A DNA stretch of 61,466 nucleotides from an uncultured Mesoaciditoga sp. (GTDB taxonomy: Bacteria; Thermotogota; Thermotogae; Mesoaciditogales; Mesoaciditogaceae). The notes beneath the pieces are model-generated. The model had not been told where the DNA came from and searched no databases. It was given only the letters and a program-made list of their open reading frames with translations. Shown here in pieces: positions 38,250 to 46,550 of this stretch; the stretch's first letter is position 1; the number at the start of each line of letters is the position of its first letter. The position numbers were made by a program, and so were the translations under genes. Location: NCBI GenBank assembly GCA_964470975.1, contig CAYYEU010000001.1, positions 1 through 61,466 on the forward strand. Direction: 5' to 3'.

Positions 38250-39441
38250 ATTTTAGTTTGAAAGAAGCAAGAAATGTTGCGGATAAGCCAACAGTTGCTA
38301 TAACAAACACATTCACAAATCCAAAATCTTTTAACAAAAATCCCCCAAGCATTGGGAAAAGTGCCCCTATAAATCCAAAAGTACCACTTATTCCAACGTA
38401 CATAACCCGCTCCTTGTCAGGTGCTATTTCTATCAAATATGCGTCCATGAAAATTCCTCTTGCACTGATCGTTGAGCCTATTACGAAGAAAAGAACGTAA
38501 TACCATATTAAAGATGGCAAAAATGGAGTTGAAATTGTGGAAAGAATTGCAAGGAATATACCCGTTTTGGCAATTGCCACGTTTCCAAAATGTTTTGAAA
38601 TAACTCCCCAAAGCAAATTCGAAATTACCATGCCTGAAACCTGGAAAATAACTATGTTCCCCACCACATTCCCAAATCTATGGATAGTATAGACTGCAAA
38701 AAAAGGCAACGCCATGAAATAGAATCCTCCTAATACCTGAACAACAACATACCAAAGCAACCTTTTGTCTCTAAGAAAAACTGGTATGGATTTGATCATG
38801 TCCCAAGTTTTAGAATGGGGGGTTATTTCACTCTCTGGTTCTTTTAAAAAGAAGAACATGACTATTGCAACTGAGATAGCCACTGATGCCGTAAGAAAAA
38901 GGGTCCCGTAATTGTGTGGAAATGCAGATGAACCAAGAAGATACTTTACAACAAATCCTGCTGCAAAGGAGAATATTCCAGCAACTGCCTGCCTTACGGG
39001 GAAAAAATAATACCTCTTATCCTTTGAAACGGTTTTACCGAGTAAATCCACATATGCTATGCCCGCAAAAGAGCCTGTTGTCGCAAAAAGAGTAACAGCT
39101 GTCAAAATTAAAATGATTCCCCACTCTGCCAAATTCGAAATATAAAAAGTCGTCAACGCCAAAAGAAAAATGGCAAATGCCCTGGTTAAAATACCCCCCA
39201 TTAAGTAAGGTTTCTTGAATTTCTTTGTCTTCAAGAAATTGGCAAAGAAAAGTTGGGTTATACTTGGTAGCCCCAGTAAAATGGATGAAACCACTCCAAT
39301 TAAAAATGAAGAATGATAAAGGTGCTCAAGATAAGCAGGTATTACAGTGTTTACGTTGATCATGGTAGAGGCTAAAGAAAGAAACGCCATATGCCACCAA
39401 AAAGCAAAAGCAGCCAACTTGAATACTCCTTTCATACTCAT
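38248..39441 (-). CDS. MFS transporter
   Basis: About 12 hydrophobic segments in an MFS-like pattern. The start is uncertain (ATG 39441 or 39489) and neither has a clear Shine-Dalgarno. Confidence 0.8.
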   Translation of the reverse strand: MSMKGVFKLAAFAFWWHMAFLSLASTMINVNTVIPAYLEHLYHSSFLIGVVSSILLGLPSITQLFFANFLKTKKFKKPYLMGGILTRAFAIFLLALTTFYISNLAEWGIILILTAVTLFATTGSFAGIAYVDLLGKTVSKDKRYYFFPVRQAVAGIFSFAAGFVVKYLLGSSAFPHNYGTLFLTASVAISVAIVMFFFLKEPESEITPHSKTWDMIKSIPVFLRDKRLLWYVVVQVLGGFYFMALPFFAVYTIHRFGNVVGNIVIFQVSGMVISNLLWGVISKHFGNVAIAKTGIFLAILSTISTPFLPSLIWYYVLFFVIGSTISARGIFMDAYLIEIAPDKERVMYVGISGTFGFIGALFPMLGGFLLKDFGFVNVFVIATVGLSATFLASFKLK

Positions 39442-39611
39442 CTTTTGTACGTACAGCGTATAATAACACGATATGCGATTTTTCCCCATAAAATATCAAT
39501 TTGAAATTCTCATTTATTTTAACAGGTATTGTGCATGAAGATAACGAATTCAATTTATTTGAAAAGATCTTTGAAAACGATATAAGCATGAATGGCTTAG
39601 GAACCAATTCT

Positions 39612-39862
39612 TCCGCTTTACAAGCGGATGGTGTAATTTTTTCGAAGTGCTGTCAGAACTGAATCGCTCTTCTTATTTTACGATTCAAAATGTGTGGCAC
39701 ACTCAGACACTCGTCCCTGAGTGCTTCGCTCTTTCAGCACGTCCGTGTGCTTGGCTCATGATAGAGTCCTTGACCTTAACGTCATTGCGGGCTTGACCCG
39801 CAATCTCTTAAGTACAGGATCCTGAATTAAATTCAGGATGACCGCTATGGAAAAGCTCATAG
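39612..39862. repeat. cluster of six short stem-loops in non-coding DNA
   Basis: Stems are at 39612-18/39622-28, 39660-66/39681-87, 39700-06/39717-23, 39736-40/39747-51, 39784-91/39797-804 and 39819-27/39831-39. The last two are perfect 8-9 bp stems framed by GTCAT...ATC. Confidence 0.55.
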
Positions 39863-40111
39863 GCTTTGACGAACACTTTAATGGAAGTTGAAAAACATTT
39901 ATTCAATCGTGGCTTTTTGCGCTTTGATTAACTTCTTGAAATTGACGCACATCAAAAGTTATTCTAACTTTTATTCGTCAAATGATCTGCAGTTCAAATC
40001 CGGTGATGACATTGACTTGTGGAAACTTCTACAGCACAGCGAAGATAGATCAGTTACCGTTTAGCCTCTAAAGCCAGGCAAATATACATAAGGTAAATCA
40101 GCTTGGCTAGA

Positions 40112-40120
40112 TGTTATAAT
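40112..40120 (+). promoter_or_regulatory. extended -10 promoter for lpdA
   Basis: TGtTATAAT lies 37 nt upstream of the ATG at 40157, which is preceded by AAAGGAGG. Confidence 0.5.
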
Positions 40121-40156
40121 ATTCACATATACACACAAAAAGGAGGCTTGATTTTT

Positions 40157-41515
40157 ATGATTTACGATCTTTTCGTTGTTGGAGGAGGACCAGCGGGATA
40201 CGTAGCCGCGATAAGAGCTTCTCAGTTGGGAATGAAAGTTGCCATTGCTGAAGAAAAATTCTGGGGAGGAACATGCACAAATGTTGGATGTATCCCAACT
40301 AAAGCGTGGCTTGCCTCTTCTGAACTTTTTGACGGAATAAAGAGAGCAAAAAAATTCGGAATAAGTGTCGAAAACCCAACAATAGATATGAAAAAGGTTA
40401 GTGCAAGAACAAATCGAGTGGTACTTAGAAGCAGAAAGGGAATAGAATTCTTGCTCAAGAAAAATTCCATTGACTTTTTCGATTCACATGCCACCATTGA
40501 GAGCGTCCACAAAGCAAAAGTTGGCGATAAAGAGGTGGAATTCAAAAACTTGCTTCTCTCTCAAGGATCTCACCCGATAAAATTTCCACCTTTCAACGTT
40601 GAAGGAATACTGACGAGTGATGAGATATTTTCAATTGACGAAATCCCTCAAAGGTTGCTGATCGTCGGAGGAGGAGTCATAGGGCTAGAGATGGCCACGT
40701 TCTTCTCGGCATTCGATTGTAAAGTTACGATCGTGGAGATAATGAATCACATACTTCCAAATATGGATACAGATGTGGCAGAAACGTTGACAAATGTGCT
40801 AAAAAAGCGTGGCGTAGATGTTCACGTTAAGACCAAGACCATATCTGTCGATAAAAAAGACGATGGGTATCAAGTTGTTTTTGAAGGTGAAGAACGCTTT
40901 GAAGAGAAGTTCGATAAAATTCTCTTGAGCGTTGGAAGAAAGTCCAACGTTCTTGACGATGTTAAAAATCTTGGGGTGAATTTAGATAAAAGAGGCAATG
41001 TAATAACTGATGAACACATGCATACGAATATCGAAAACATCTACGCCGCTGGAGATGTAAATGGAAAATACATGTTGGCACACGTGGCGTCTAAGGAAGG
41101 AATAGTAGCAGTCACGAACATGGTTGGAGAAGAAGATAAGATCAACTACACTGCTATTCCAAGTGTTGTTTTTACAACCCCAGAAATAGCCACAACAGGT
41201 GAAAGTGAAGATGAACTTAAGCAAAAAGATATCGACTACGTAAAAGGCTTCTTTCCAATGAGTGCGTTGGGGCGTGCAAGGACTCTTGAAACTAACGAAG
41301 GTTTTGCGAAGATTCTTGCAGATAAAAAAGGTAAAATTTTAGGTCTCACCGTTGTTGGTCCCATGGCCACCGAAGTGTTAATGGAGGGAGTTATAGCCGT
41401 TCAAAATGGTTTCAGTATAGAAAAACTCCTTGAACATATTCATCCACATCCAACTATCTCGGAAATAGTAATGCAATGTGCTGAAGATGCAACTGGTATG
41501 CCTATTGATGAATGA
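40157..41515 (+). CDS. lpdA: dihydrolipoyl dehydrogenase (E3)
   Basis: GGGPAGY FAD motif, redox-active GGTCTNVGCIPTK, second Rossmann GGGVIGLE, C-terminal HPHPT. The track start TTG 40103 lies upstream of the promoter. Confidence 0.9.
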   Translation: MIYDLFVVGGGPAGYVAAIRASQLGMKVAIAEEKFWGGTCTNVGCIPTKAWLASSELFDGIKRAKKFGISVENPTIDMKKVSARTNRVVLRSRKGIEFLLKKNSIDFFDSHATIESVHKAKVGDKEVEFKNLLLSQGSHPIKFPPFNVEGILTSDEIFSIDEIPQRLLIVGGGVIGLEMATFFSAFDCKVTIVEIMNHILPNMDTDVAETLTNVLKKRGVDVHVKTKTISVDKKDDGYQVVFEGEERFEEKFDKILLSVGRKSNVLDDVKNLGVNLDKRGNVITDEHMHTNIENIYAAGDVNGKYMLAHVASKEGIVAVTNMVGEEDKINYTAIPSVVFTTPEIATTGESEDELKQKDIDYVKGFFPMSALGRARTLETNEGFAKILADKKGKILGLTVVGPMATEVLMEGVIAVQNGFSIEKLLEHIHPHPTISEIVMQCAEDATGMPIDE

Positions 41516-41526
41516 AAAGTTAAATT

Positions 41527-41553
41527 AAAAGCAGGGGCACTGCCCCTGCTTTT
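41527..41553. terminator. bidirectional rho-independent terminator (lpdA / convergent secreted-protein gene)
   Basis: AAAAGCAGGGGC-ACT-GCCCCTGCTTTT is a perfect palindrome flanked by A and T runs. Confidence 0.75.
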
Positions 41554-41589
41554 CTTTAAAAAATCATGATTATCGTTTAATCTCACGAT

Positions 41590-42459
41590 TCATTTTGCCT
41601 TGAAGACTTCATTCACCCATTTCTTCAGTTTTTCAATTTCCATATTCCCAGCAAAGACCATTCCAATTCCGTTTTGCTCAAACGCGAACGACGAATACCC
41701 CTTCGATTTGAACTGCGCAACAAGGTTCGTAGTTGAAACATTGGCACCTCCTTTAAATACGTAAGCCACCACACTTCCAACTTTCTCAGCTCTTCCAGAA
41801 ACAATTGCAATTGAAATCCCGTTAATAGAAAGTGATGCGATGTTAACGTTGTCAAGATGGTAAACCAACTTCCAAACTTCCACTTCCATTGGGCTAGGAG
41901 GCTTGTTAACAATTTTAAATTTAGCAACTACCGCCTTGAAATACTTTAAAGGAACAACTCTTACTTTATCGTAAGTCATAATTATTTGAGATGAACGACG
42001 CTTTATTTTTAAATACACCAAGATCATCGATGGTGCCAGAAGCATCGCAGTATAAGTGGCATCTTTACTGTTCACGACTATTTTGTAAGACTCTTTACCG
42101 TTATAAGTGGATGTTGATACCATTGCTGGCGTAGAAGAAAGGGTTTTAATGAACATTTTCTCAGAATCAATTATAGTCGCTGGAGACGTTTTCATCTCAT
42201 TTCCGAAGACTATGTAAGTTTTTCCTTCAAGATAAGCCCACTCAAAAAAATCTGGTGCCACGACTTTAACTATCTCGTTGTATCCGTTTCTTAAAACATT
42301 TTCATATCTGAGACGCGTTGTTTCCCCCTTTTCCTCAACAATTACTCTGTGTCCTTCTATGACTTGAGACGCATATGAGGAAATAAATTCATTGACTAAC
42401 GCTGAAAAGGCGATTCCCGCAATTGACATTAAAAGAAGTAAGCTAAGTACTTTCTTCAA
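41590..42459 (-). CDS. secreted hypothetical protein, possibly LolA/RseB-like fold, co-operonic with the anti-sigma factor
   Basis: Signal peptide MKKVLSLLLLMSIAGIAFSA. Beta-rich sequence. 4-nt overlap with the upstream anti-sigma gene. The fold assignment is inference from context. Confidence 0.4.
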   Translation of the reverse strand: MKKVLSLLLLMSIAGIAFSALVNEFISSYASQVIEGHRVIVEEKGETTRLRYENVLRNGYNEIVKVVAPDFFEWAYLEGKTYIVFGNEMKTSPATIIDSEKMFIKTLSSTPAMVSTSTYNGKESYKIVVNSKDATYTAMLLAPSMILVYLKIKRRSSQIIMTYDKVRVVPLKYFKAVVAKFKIVNKPPSPMEVEVWKLVYHLDNVNIASLSINGISIAIVSGRAEKVGSVVAYVFKGGANVSTTNLVAQFKSKGYSSFAFEQNGIGMVFAGNMEIEKLKKWVNEVFKAK

Positions 42460-42887
42460 AACTGATCACTCGCATACTTTATCTTAACTAAATAACTAAA
42501 ATCGGAATTCGTGTTAGTTTGAGTTGCATGATTCGAACTCAACATTTCTATTCCGGCGGATGCTACTTTTTCGTACATGATTTGCCTTCCAGAAAGAGGC
42601 TTTGCTACAAAAAAGAGCCCCATTATTATAACGGCAGTTGTCGGAACTACAATTTTGTACAACCTTTTTATAGATTTCTTCCTTTTTATTTTAGAAACTA
42701 TCTTCTCTTCAAGGAACTTGGAAGGTACGTATTCAGTTCGAAATTTTATAAAATCTCTTGCACCGTTGTATTTTTCTACAAATCTCCGGCATCCCAAACA
42801 GTGTTTTATGTGCTCCGCAAATTCTTCTCGTTCTTCTTGAGACATTTCTTCATGTACAAACTTTTCTCTATACTCATTACAATTCAT
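42456..42887 (-). CDS. anti-sigma factor (zf-HC2 type) with one TM helix
   Basis: N-terminal MNCNEY...HIKHCLGCRRF (Hx3Cx2C) and TM VVPTTAVIIMGLFFV. Overlaps the sigma gene by 11 nt. Confidence 0.75.
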   Translation of the reverse strand: MNCNEYREKFVHEEMSQEEREEFAEHIKHCLGCRRFVEKYNGARDFIKFRTEYVPSKFLEEKIVSKIKRKKSIKRLYKIVVPTTAVIIMGLFFVAKPLSGRQIMYEKVASAGIEMLSSNHATQTNTNSDFSYLVKIKYASDQF

Positions 42888-43464
42888 TTTGCTCTCTCCC
42901 CGCTGGTTTCACGTTATCTTCAAGTGTCTCTTTAAGCCTTTCTCGTGCATAATGCAAACGACTTTTTATGGTTCCAACAGGTTTTCCCACAACATTTGCT
43001 ATATCCGAATAGCTCATTTCTTCAATTTCCCTAAGGGTTATCAACAAACGATCTTCTTTAGAAAGAGATTCAATGGCATGGCGCACCTCTCCAGCAAAAA
43101 CCTCTCTCAAAAGTTCATCAGTTGGTTGAACTTCTTCTACAGGCTCAGGCAGTGTTTTTTCATCGCTATCTTCCAATCCAAAACTCGTTAGAATTTCCCG
43201 CTTCTTACGTTTTTTTGATAACATATCCTTACACACGTTAACTGTTATCCGATATATCCACGTCGATAAAGCAGAATCCCCTCGAAACTTTTTTATGCTC
43301 TTGTACACTTTCATAAAAACCTCTTGAATGACGTCTTCAACATCATCAACACCTAGGTACGATTTGGCTATTCTACCTACTTTTTGCACATATTCATTGT
43401 AAAGCTCTCTGTATGCCTCGGGTTCTTCATGTTTCAACCCCCGAACTAGTTTAGAATCTCTCAA
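42877..43464 (-). CDS. ECF-type RNA polymerase sigma factor (sigma-70 group 4)
   Basis: Region 2 (IQEVFMKVYKSIKKFRGDSALSTWIYRITVN) and region 4 (LREIEEMSYSDIANVVGKPVGTIKSRLHYAR). TTG 43464 lies 6 nt after AGGTGG; the track start GTG 43485 has no Shine-Dalgarno. Confidence 0.88.
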   Translation of the reverse strand: MRDSKLVRGLKHEEPEAYRELYNEYVQKVGRIAKSYLGVDDVEDVIQEVFMKVYKSIKKFRGDSALSTWIYRITVNVCKDMLSKKRKKREILTSFGLEDSDEKTLPEPVEEVQPTDELLREVFAGEVRHAIESLSKEDRLLITLREIEEMSYSDIANVVGKPVGTIKSRLHYARERLKETLEDNVKPAGREQNEL

Positions 43465-43492
43465 AGGATTACCACCTATCACCACTCATTTG

Positions 43493-43518
43493 GACTGTAA
43501 CTTTCACAAAGAAGTTCA
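43493..43518 (-). promoter_or_regulatory. candidate ECF-type autoregulated promoter
   Basis: The minus strand reads TGAAC-N17-AGTC, which resembles the AAC-N16-17-CGTC class. It lies about 30 nt upstream of the sigma start. Confidence 0.3.
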
Positions 43519-43554
43519 AAAATAGCAAAAATCTCCGCCCTTGCAAACGGAGAT
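43518..43554 (-). terminator. rho-independent terminator after rpsT
   Basis: On the minus strand, ATCTCCG-loop-CGGAGAT is followed by TTTTGCTATTTTT. Confidence 0.65.
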
Positions 43555-43591
43555 CTCACTTTGATACACTCCATTGATTGAAGTTATCTTT

Positions 43592-43870
43592 TTAATTTGA
43601 CTCTTTTGATCCTTGAAAAAGTTTAACTCTTTTGACTAATCTTGATTTCCTGCGCGCCGCTTGATTTTTATGAATAGCGCCTATTTTAGCGGCTTTATCT
43701 ATCTTAGAAAAAGCTTCACTTATCTTTTGTGAAAGATCCTCGTCACCATTCTCCGCAGACATCACTACTTTTTTTACAGCGGTTTTGTATTTCGTCTTTG
43801 CGATTTGATTTGCGACTCTCTTTCTTTCAGAAGCTCTTACCCGTTTCTTAGCAGATCTTGAATTTGCCAT
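43592..43870 (-). CDS. rpsT: 30S ribosomal protein S20
   Basis: MANSRSAKKRVRASERKRVANQ. Confidence 0.93.
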   Translation of the reverse strand: MANSRSAKKRVRASERKRVANQIAKTKYKTAVKKVVMSAENGDEDLSQKISEAFSKIDKAAKIGAIHKNQAARRKSRLVKRVKLFQGSKESN

Positions 43871-43901
43871 CTGCCACCCTCCTTTCGACTTTACGAGTGA
43901 T

Positions 43902-43910
43902 ATTTTAACA
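43902..43910 (-). promoter_or_regulatory. extended -10 element upstream of rpsT
   Basis: The minus strand reads TGtTAAAAT, between the stop of the upstream gene and the rpsT Shine-Dalgarno (AAAGGAGGG). Confidence 0.35.
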
Positions 43911-43918
43911 CATCAAAA

Positions 43919-46546
43919 TTAAAAATTCAACCCAATACCATAATTAAACTCGTTTTCGGAAAAATCGTAAACCACCTTGGTAACGATCTTGAACTCTTTG
44001 TAAAGAAAAGAATCAAATCCAAAATCAGTTTGTAATCCAACACGTATACGCCTTTCCTCAAGATTATAAGTTAAAAACTGGGAAAGATCAATATATTTTA
44101 ATCCAAGCTGCCCTGTAACATCGTAGATCCCCACGTGTACTCTTGAAAATCCAAGATTTTGTATAAAAGTAATCGTTCCATTTCTAAGATTTACCCCTGC
44201 TCTTAGTACATTTGAAAAGAGAGGAAAAGACGTGGAAAGTGTAACATCATACACAGGAGTAGAAGGTTTAAGTGGTGAGAAATCAACATTCCAATTGGCT
44301 TGAAAAGCGTCAACACCCATGGAGTTGTTTGGTATGAAAGACGGATTAAATTCGGCAAAACCGGCAAAACTAAAATCATCTGTTATGCTGGTTCCGTCAG
44401 AACTTATCTCATAGCCCAATTTTGGATAGATAATAGAATCTCTTCCAAAGATGAGAAGCGTCAAAGGATACGTTAAAAGAGCATTGAGCGTTCTCGTATT
44501 GCTCGCTAAAAGCGATCCAACAGATAGTGTATACCTACCGTAATTAATCATTCCCACTCCCAATGAATTCAATTTTTCATTATTTGAAAGATTAGCAATG
44601 ATATAAAAATTATGTTGTCCAAGTTTATCTCTTAAGAGGCTGAACCCACTTAACATGTAATCAACAGAAGTCCCATTCCATGAAAGCGATGGTATCATTC
44701 CAGAACCTACATTTTCAATGCTATCAATGTAAGTTTTACTTTTTTTGCTAACACTCAAGTACACTTGCGTGAGATTCAAGTTTGGCCTGTAAAGTGATTT
44801 TGTTCTTTTAAAGAACTTTACCTCTTTTGAAGATTTCTTCCACCTGTCTAAAACGAAAAGATCGTAGCCATGTTTCGTATAACCCGCGTAAAACACGCGA
44901 TCTCCAACAACCTGTGGTGCGAAGGCACCACCTGTAACGTTGGTAATTTGGTAAAATTTTCCATTGTCAATATCAAGGGCGTAAATATTGAAAATTCCTT
45001 TTCTGTTGGCCTTCGCCGCCGAAAAGAAAAGGTATTTACCATCATCACTCAAAATAGGATCTTTCTTCAAGAAATCGCCTGTTATTATCCTGTAGACTTT
45101 CCCATTTTCATCCAATTGATATATGTCTTCTGAGCCATTCACATTGGCTGAAACGTATATGTTCCCCCGTGAAACGCTCATCGATGTTACAACCATTGGA
45201 GACGGATAAACAAGCGTTTTAAAAATTTTTTGAGATAAGTCATACTCTTTTATGGAATAAAGTCCTCCATTTTCGCTTGAATACACAACCTGCTTGTTGG
45301 AGAGCCATGTGACAAAAAGAGGGCTGTGAATGGGTAATTCCATCACAGATTGATTTTGTAAGTCGAGAACAAAACATTTCGTGTAATTTCTGAAACCTCC
45401 GTCTTCACTCACCAATCGAATAAAAGCAAGCCTCTTTCCGTCGGGTGATATAGATATGGATCTCACGTATCCACCTTGGTAAAGAAACCCACCAAGTGTG
45501 TAAATGGAGGAAAAAGACGAATTCAGAATGTCAAATTCTTTGAGTTGAGGAATCTCATTTTTATCTTCCGAATAGTAGTAAATACCCTTTGAAGTCGAAG
45601 AATTCACAAAAGCTGTCCAACGTCCTGAATGTGTTAGCTGTACGCCTTCTATTGGATGAGCAACAGATTTTACTTGCGAATTCACTTCGTTTTTTACCGT
45701 TTCAATCCACTTATCCACAAGTTTGTAAAACGGCTCTTTTGTCGCTTTTGCAAAGGCGTTGGCTACACCCAAAGCATGTTTTTTTGAAAGGATGCCAATG
45801 GCTTTTTTTAAAACCGGTAAGCTGTAAGTTTCAGCCACGTATCTTATAAAACTTCCACCTATCATGTAAGGGGCACCTATCGGATACCATCCATCTGATT
45901 GGTAAGTGGCCGCACCACCAAGTCCTCTGAAGTTACCTGAAAGCACGAGGCCTCTCATGTACATTTCAAAAAGAGGATCGTTAAGTCTGCCGTGTTCGTT
46001 GTTGAAAAAAGTCTCAGAGTATTGGGCCAGTCCTTCTTGCAAATAAGCGGGTATGAAAAGTGAATTGTAAATGGCAGACAAAGGTGCACCGTATGTTCTT
46101 ATTTGTGGAACTCCTCCCACTTGAGTTAAAAGGATATGAGTAAGCTCGTGCGTAAAAACGAAGTCCGTCCAGTTTTTCATGTCCTGTGAAAAGAAACCTC
46201 GCTCAGATGAATTGGGGAAAATGTAAATTACGTTGTCAATCGGATCGGCTAAAGAATTCACAATATTCGTGTCATTTTCAAAAACGACAGTCAATTTCGA
46301 AAAAGGTTGAATGTTGTAAAAATTGGTAACTCGGTCGTATATTCCGTCACAATTTTCCAAAAATTGGTGTACTACATACTCACTACCGGGCTCGTACACG
46401 ACGTTTATATACTTAGTTGAGACGGCTTTGTACACCACGTTGGGATTCGAAAAAACAGGTACAAACGGATTCATTGCCCCATAAACAAGTGTAATCATCC
46501 CAATCAAAAGAACAAACAGCAAAGAACGCCTCAACACCCTTTTCAT
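43919..46546 (-). CDS. secreted HExxH metallopeptidase-like / PD40 (TolB-like) propeller / C-terminal beta-barrel protein
   Basis: Signal peptide; HELTH at 46136-46150 with a downstream Glu (AYLQEGLAQY); PD40-like SISPDGKRLAF and LSDDGKYLFFSA. The last about 270 aa have an alternating-hydrophobic strand pattern and end in GIGLNF (terminal Phe). Confidence 0.6.
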   Translation of the reverse strand: MKRVLRRSLLFVLLIGMITLVYGAMNPFVPVFSNPNVVYKAVSTKYINVVYEPGSEYVVHQFLENCDGIYDRVTNFYNIQPFSKLTVVFENDTNIVNSLADPIDNVIYIFPNSSERGFFSQDMKNWTDFVFTHELTHILLTQVGGVPQIRTYGAPLSAIYNSLFIPAYLQEGLAQYSETFFNNEHGRLNDPLFEMYMRGLVLSGNFRGLGGAATYQSDGWYPIGAPYMIGGSFIRYVAETYSLPVLKKAIGILSKKHALGVANAFAKATKEPFYKLVDKWIETVKNEVNSQVKSVAHPIEGVQLTHSGRWTAFVNSSTSKGIYYYSEDKNEIPQLKEFDILNSSFSSIYTLGGFLYQGGYVRSISISPDGKRLAFIRLVSEDGGFRNYTKCFVLDLQNQSVMELPIHSPLFVTWLSNKQVVYSSENGGLYSIKEYDLSQKIFKTLVYPSPMVVTSMSVSRGNIYVSANVNGSEDIYQLDENGKVYRIITGDFLKKDPILSDDGKYLFFSAAKANRKGIFNIYALDIDNGKFYQITNVTGGAFAPQVVGDRVFYAGYTKHGYDLFVLDRWKKSSKEVKFFKRTKSLYRPNLNLTQVYLSVSKKSKTYIDSIENVGSGMIPSLSWNGTSVDYMLSGFSLLRDKLGQHNFYIIANLSNNEKLNSLGVGMINYGRYTLSVGSLLASNTRTLNALLTYPLTLLIFGRDSIIYPKLGYEISSDGTSITDDFSFAGFAEFNPSFIPNNSMGVDAFQANWNVDFSPLKPSTPVYDVTLSTSFPLFSNVLRAGVNLRNGTITFIQNLGFSRVHVGIYDVTGQLGLKYIDLSQFLTYNLEERRIRVGLQTDFGFDSFLYKEFKIVTKVVYDFSENEFNYGIGLNF

Positions 46547-46550
46547 GTTA

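Noticed and set aside
39985-40010. GCAGTTCAAATCCGGTG, resembling a tRNA T-loop (possible tRNA fragment or integration-site scar)
   Set aside because: The flanking bases cannot form a T stem or an acceptor stem, and it does not match the 3' end of any tRNA in the window. No integrase or direct repeat lies nearby.
40017-40034. Rex-box-like imperfect palindrome TTGTGGA-AACT-TCTACAG upstream of lpdA
   Set aside because: Only about 10 of 14 half-site positions match the TTGTGAA-N4-TTCACAA consensus as I recall it, and the second half-site is poor. This could be chance in AT-rich DNA.
41905-41916. 10-bp palindrome TTGTTAACAA
   Set aside because: It lies inside a CDS and lacks the spacer expected for a Rex-type or other dimeric operator. 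It is probably coincidental.
43466-43489. TTACCACC / TATCACCAC, resembling the Thermotoga DnaA-box core (CCTACCACC)
   Set aside because: It is a single partial match inside the ECF sigma coding/start region. There is no cluster of boxes and no adjacent AT-rich unwinding element, so it is not an origin.
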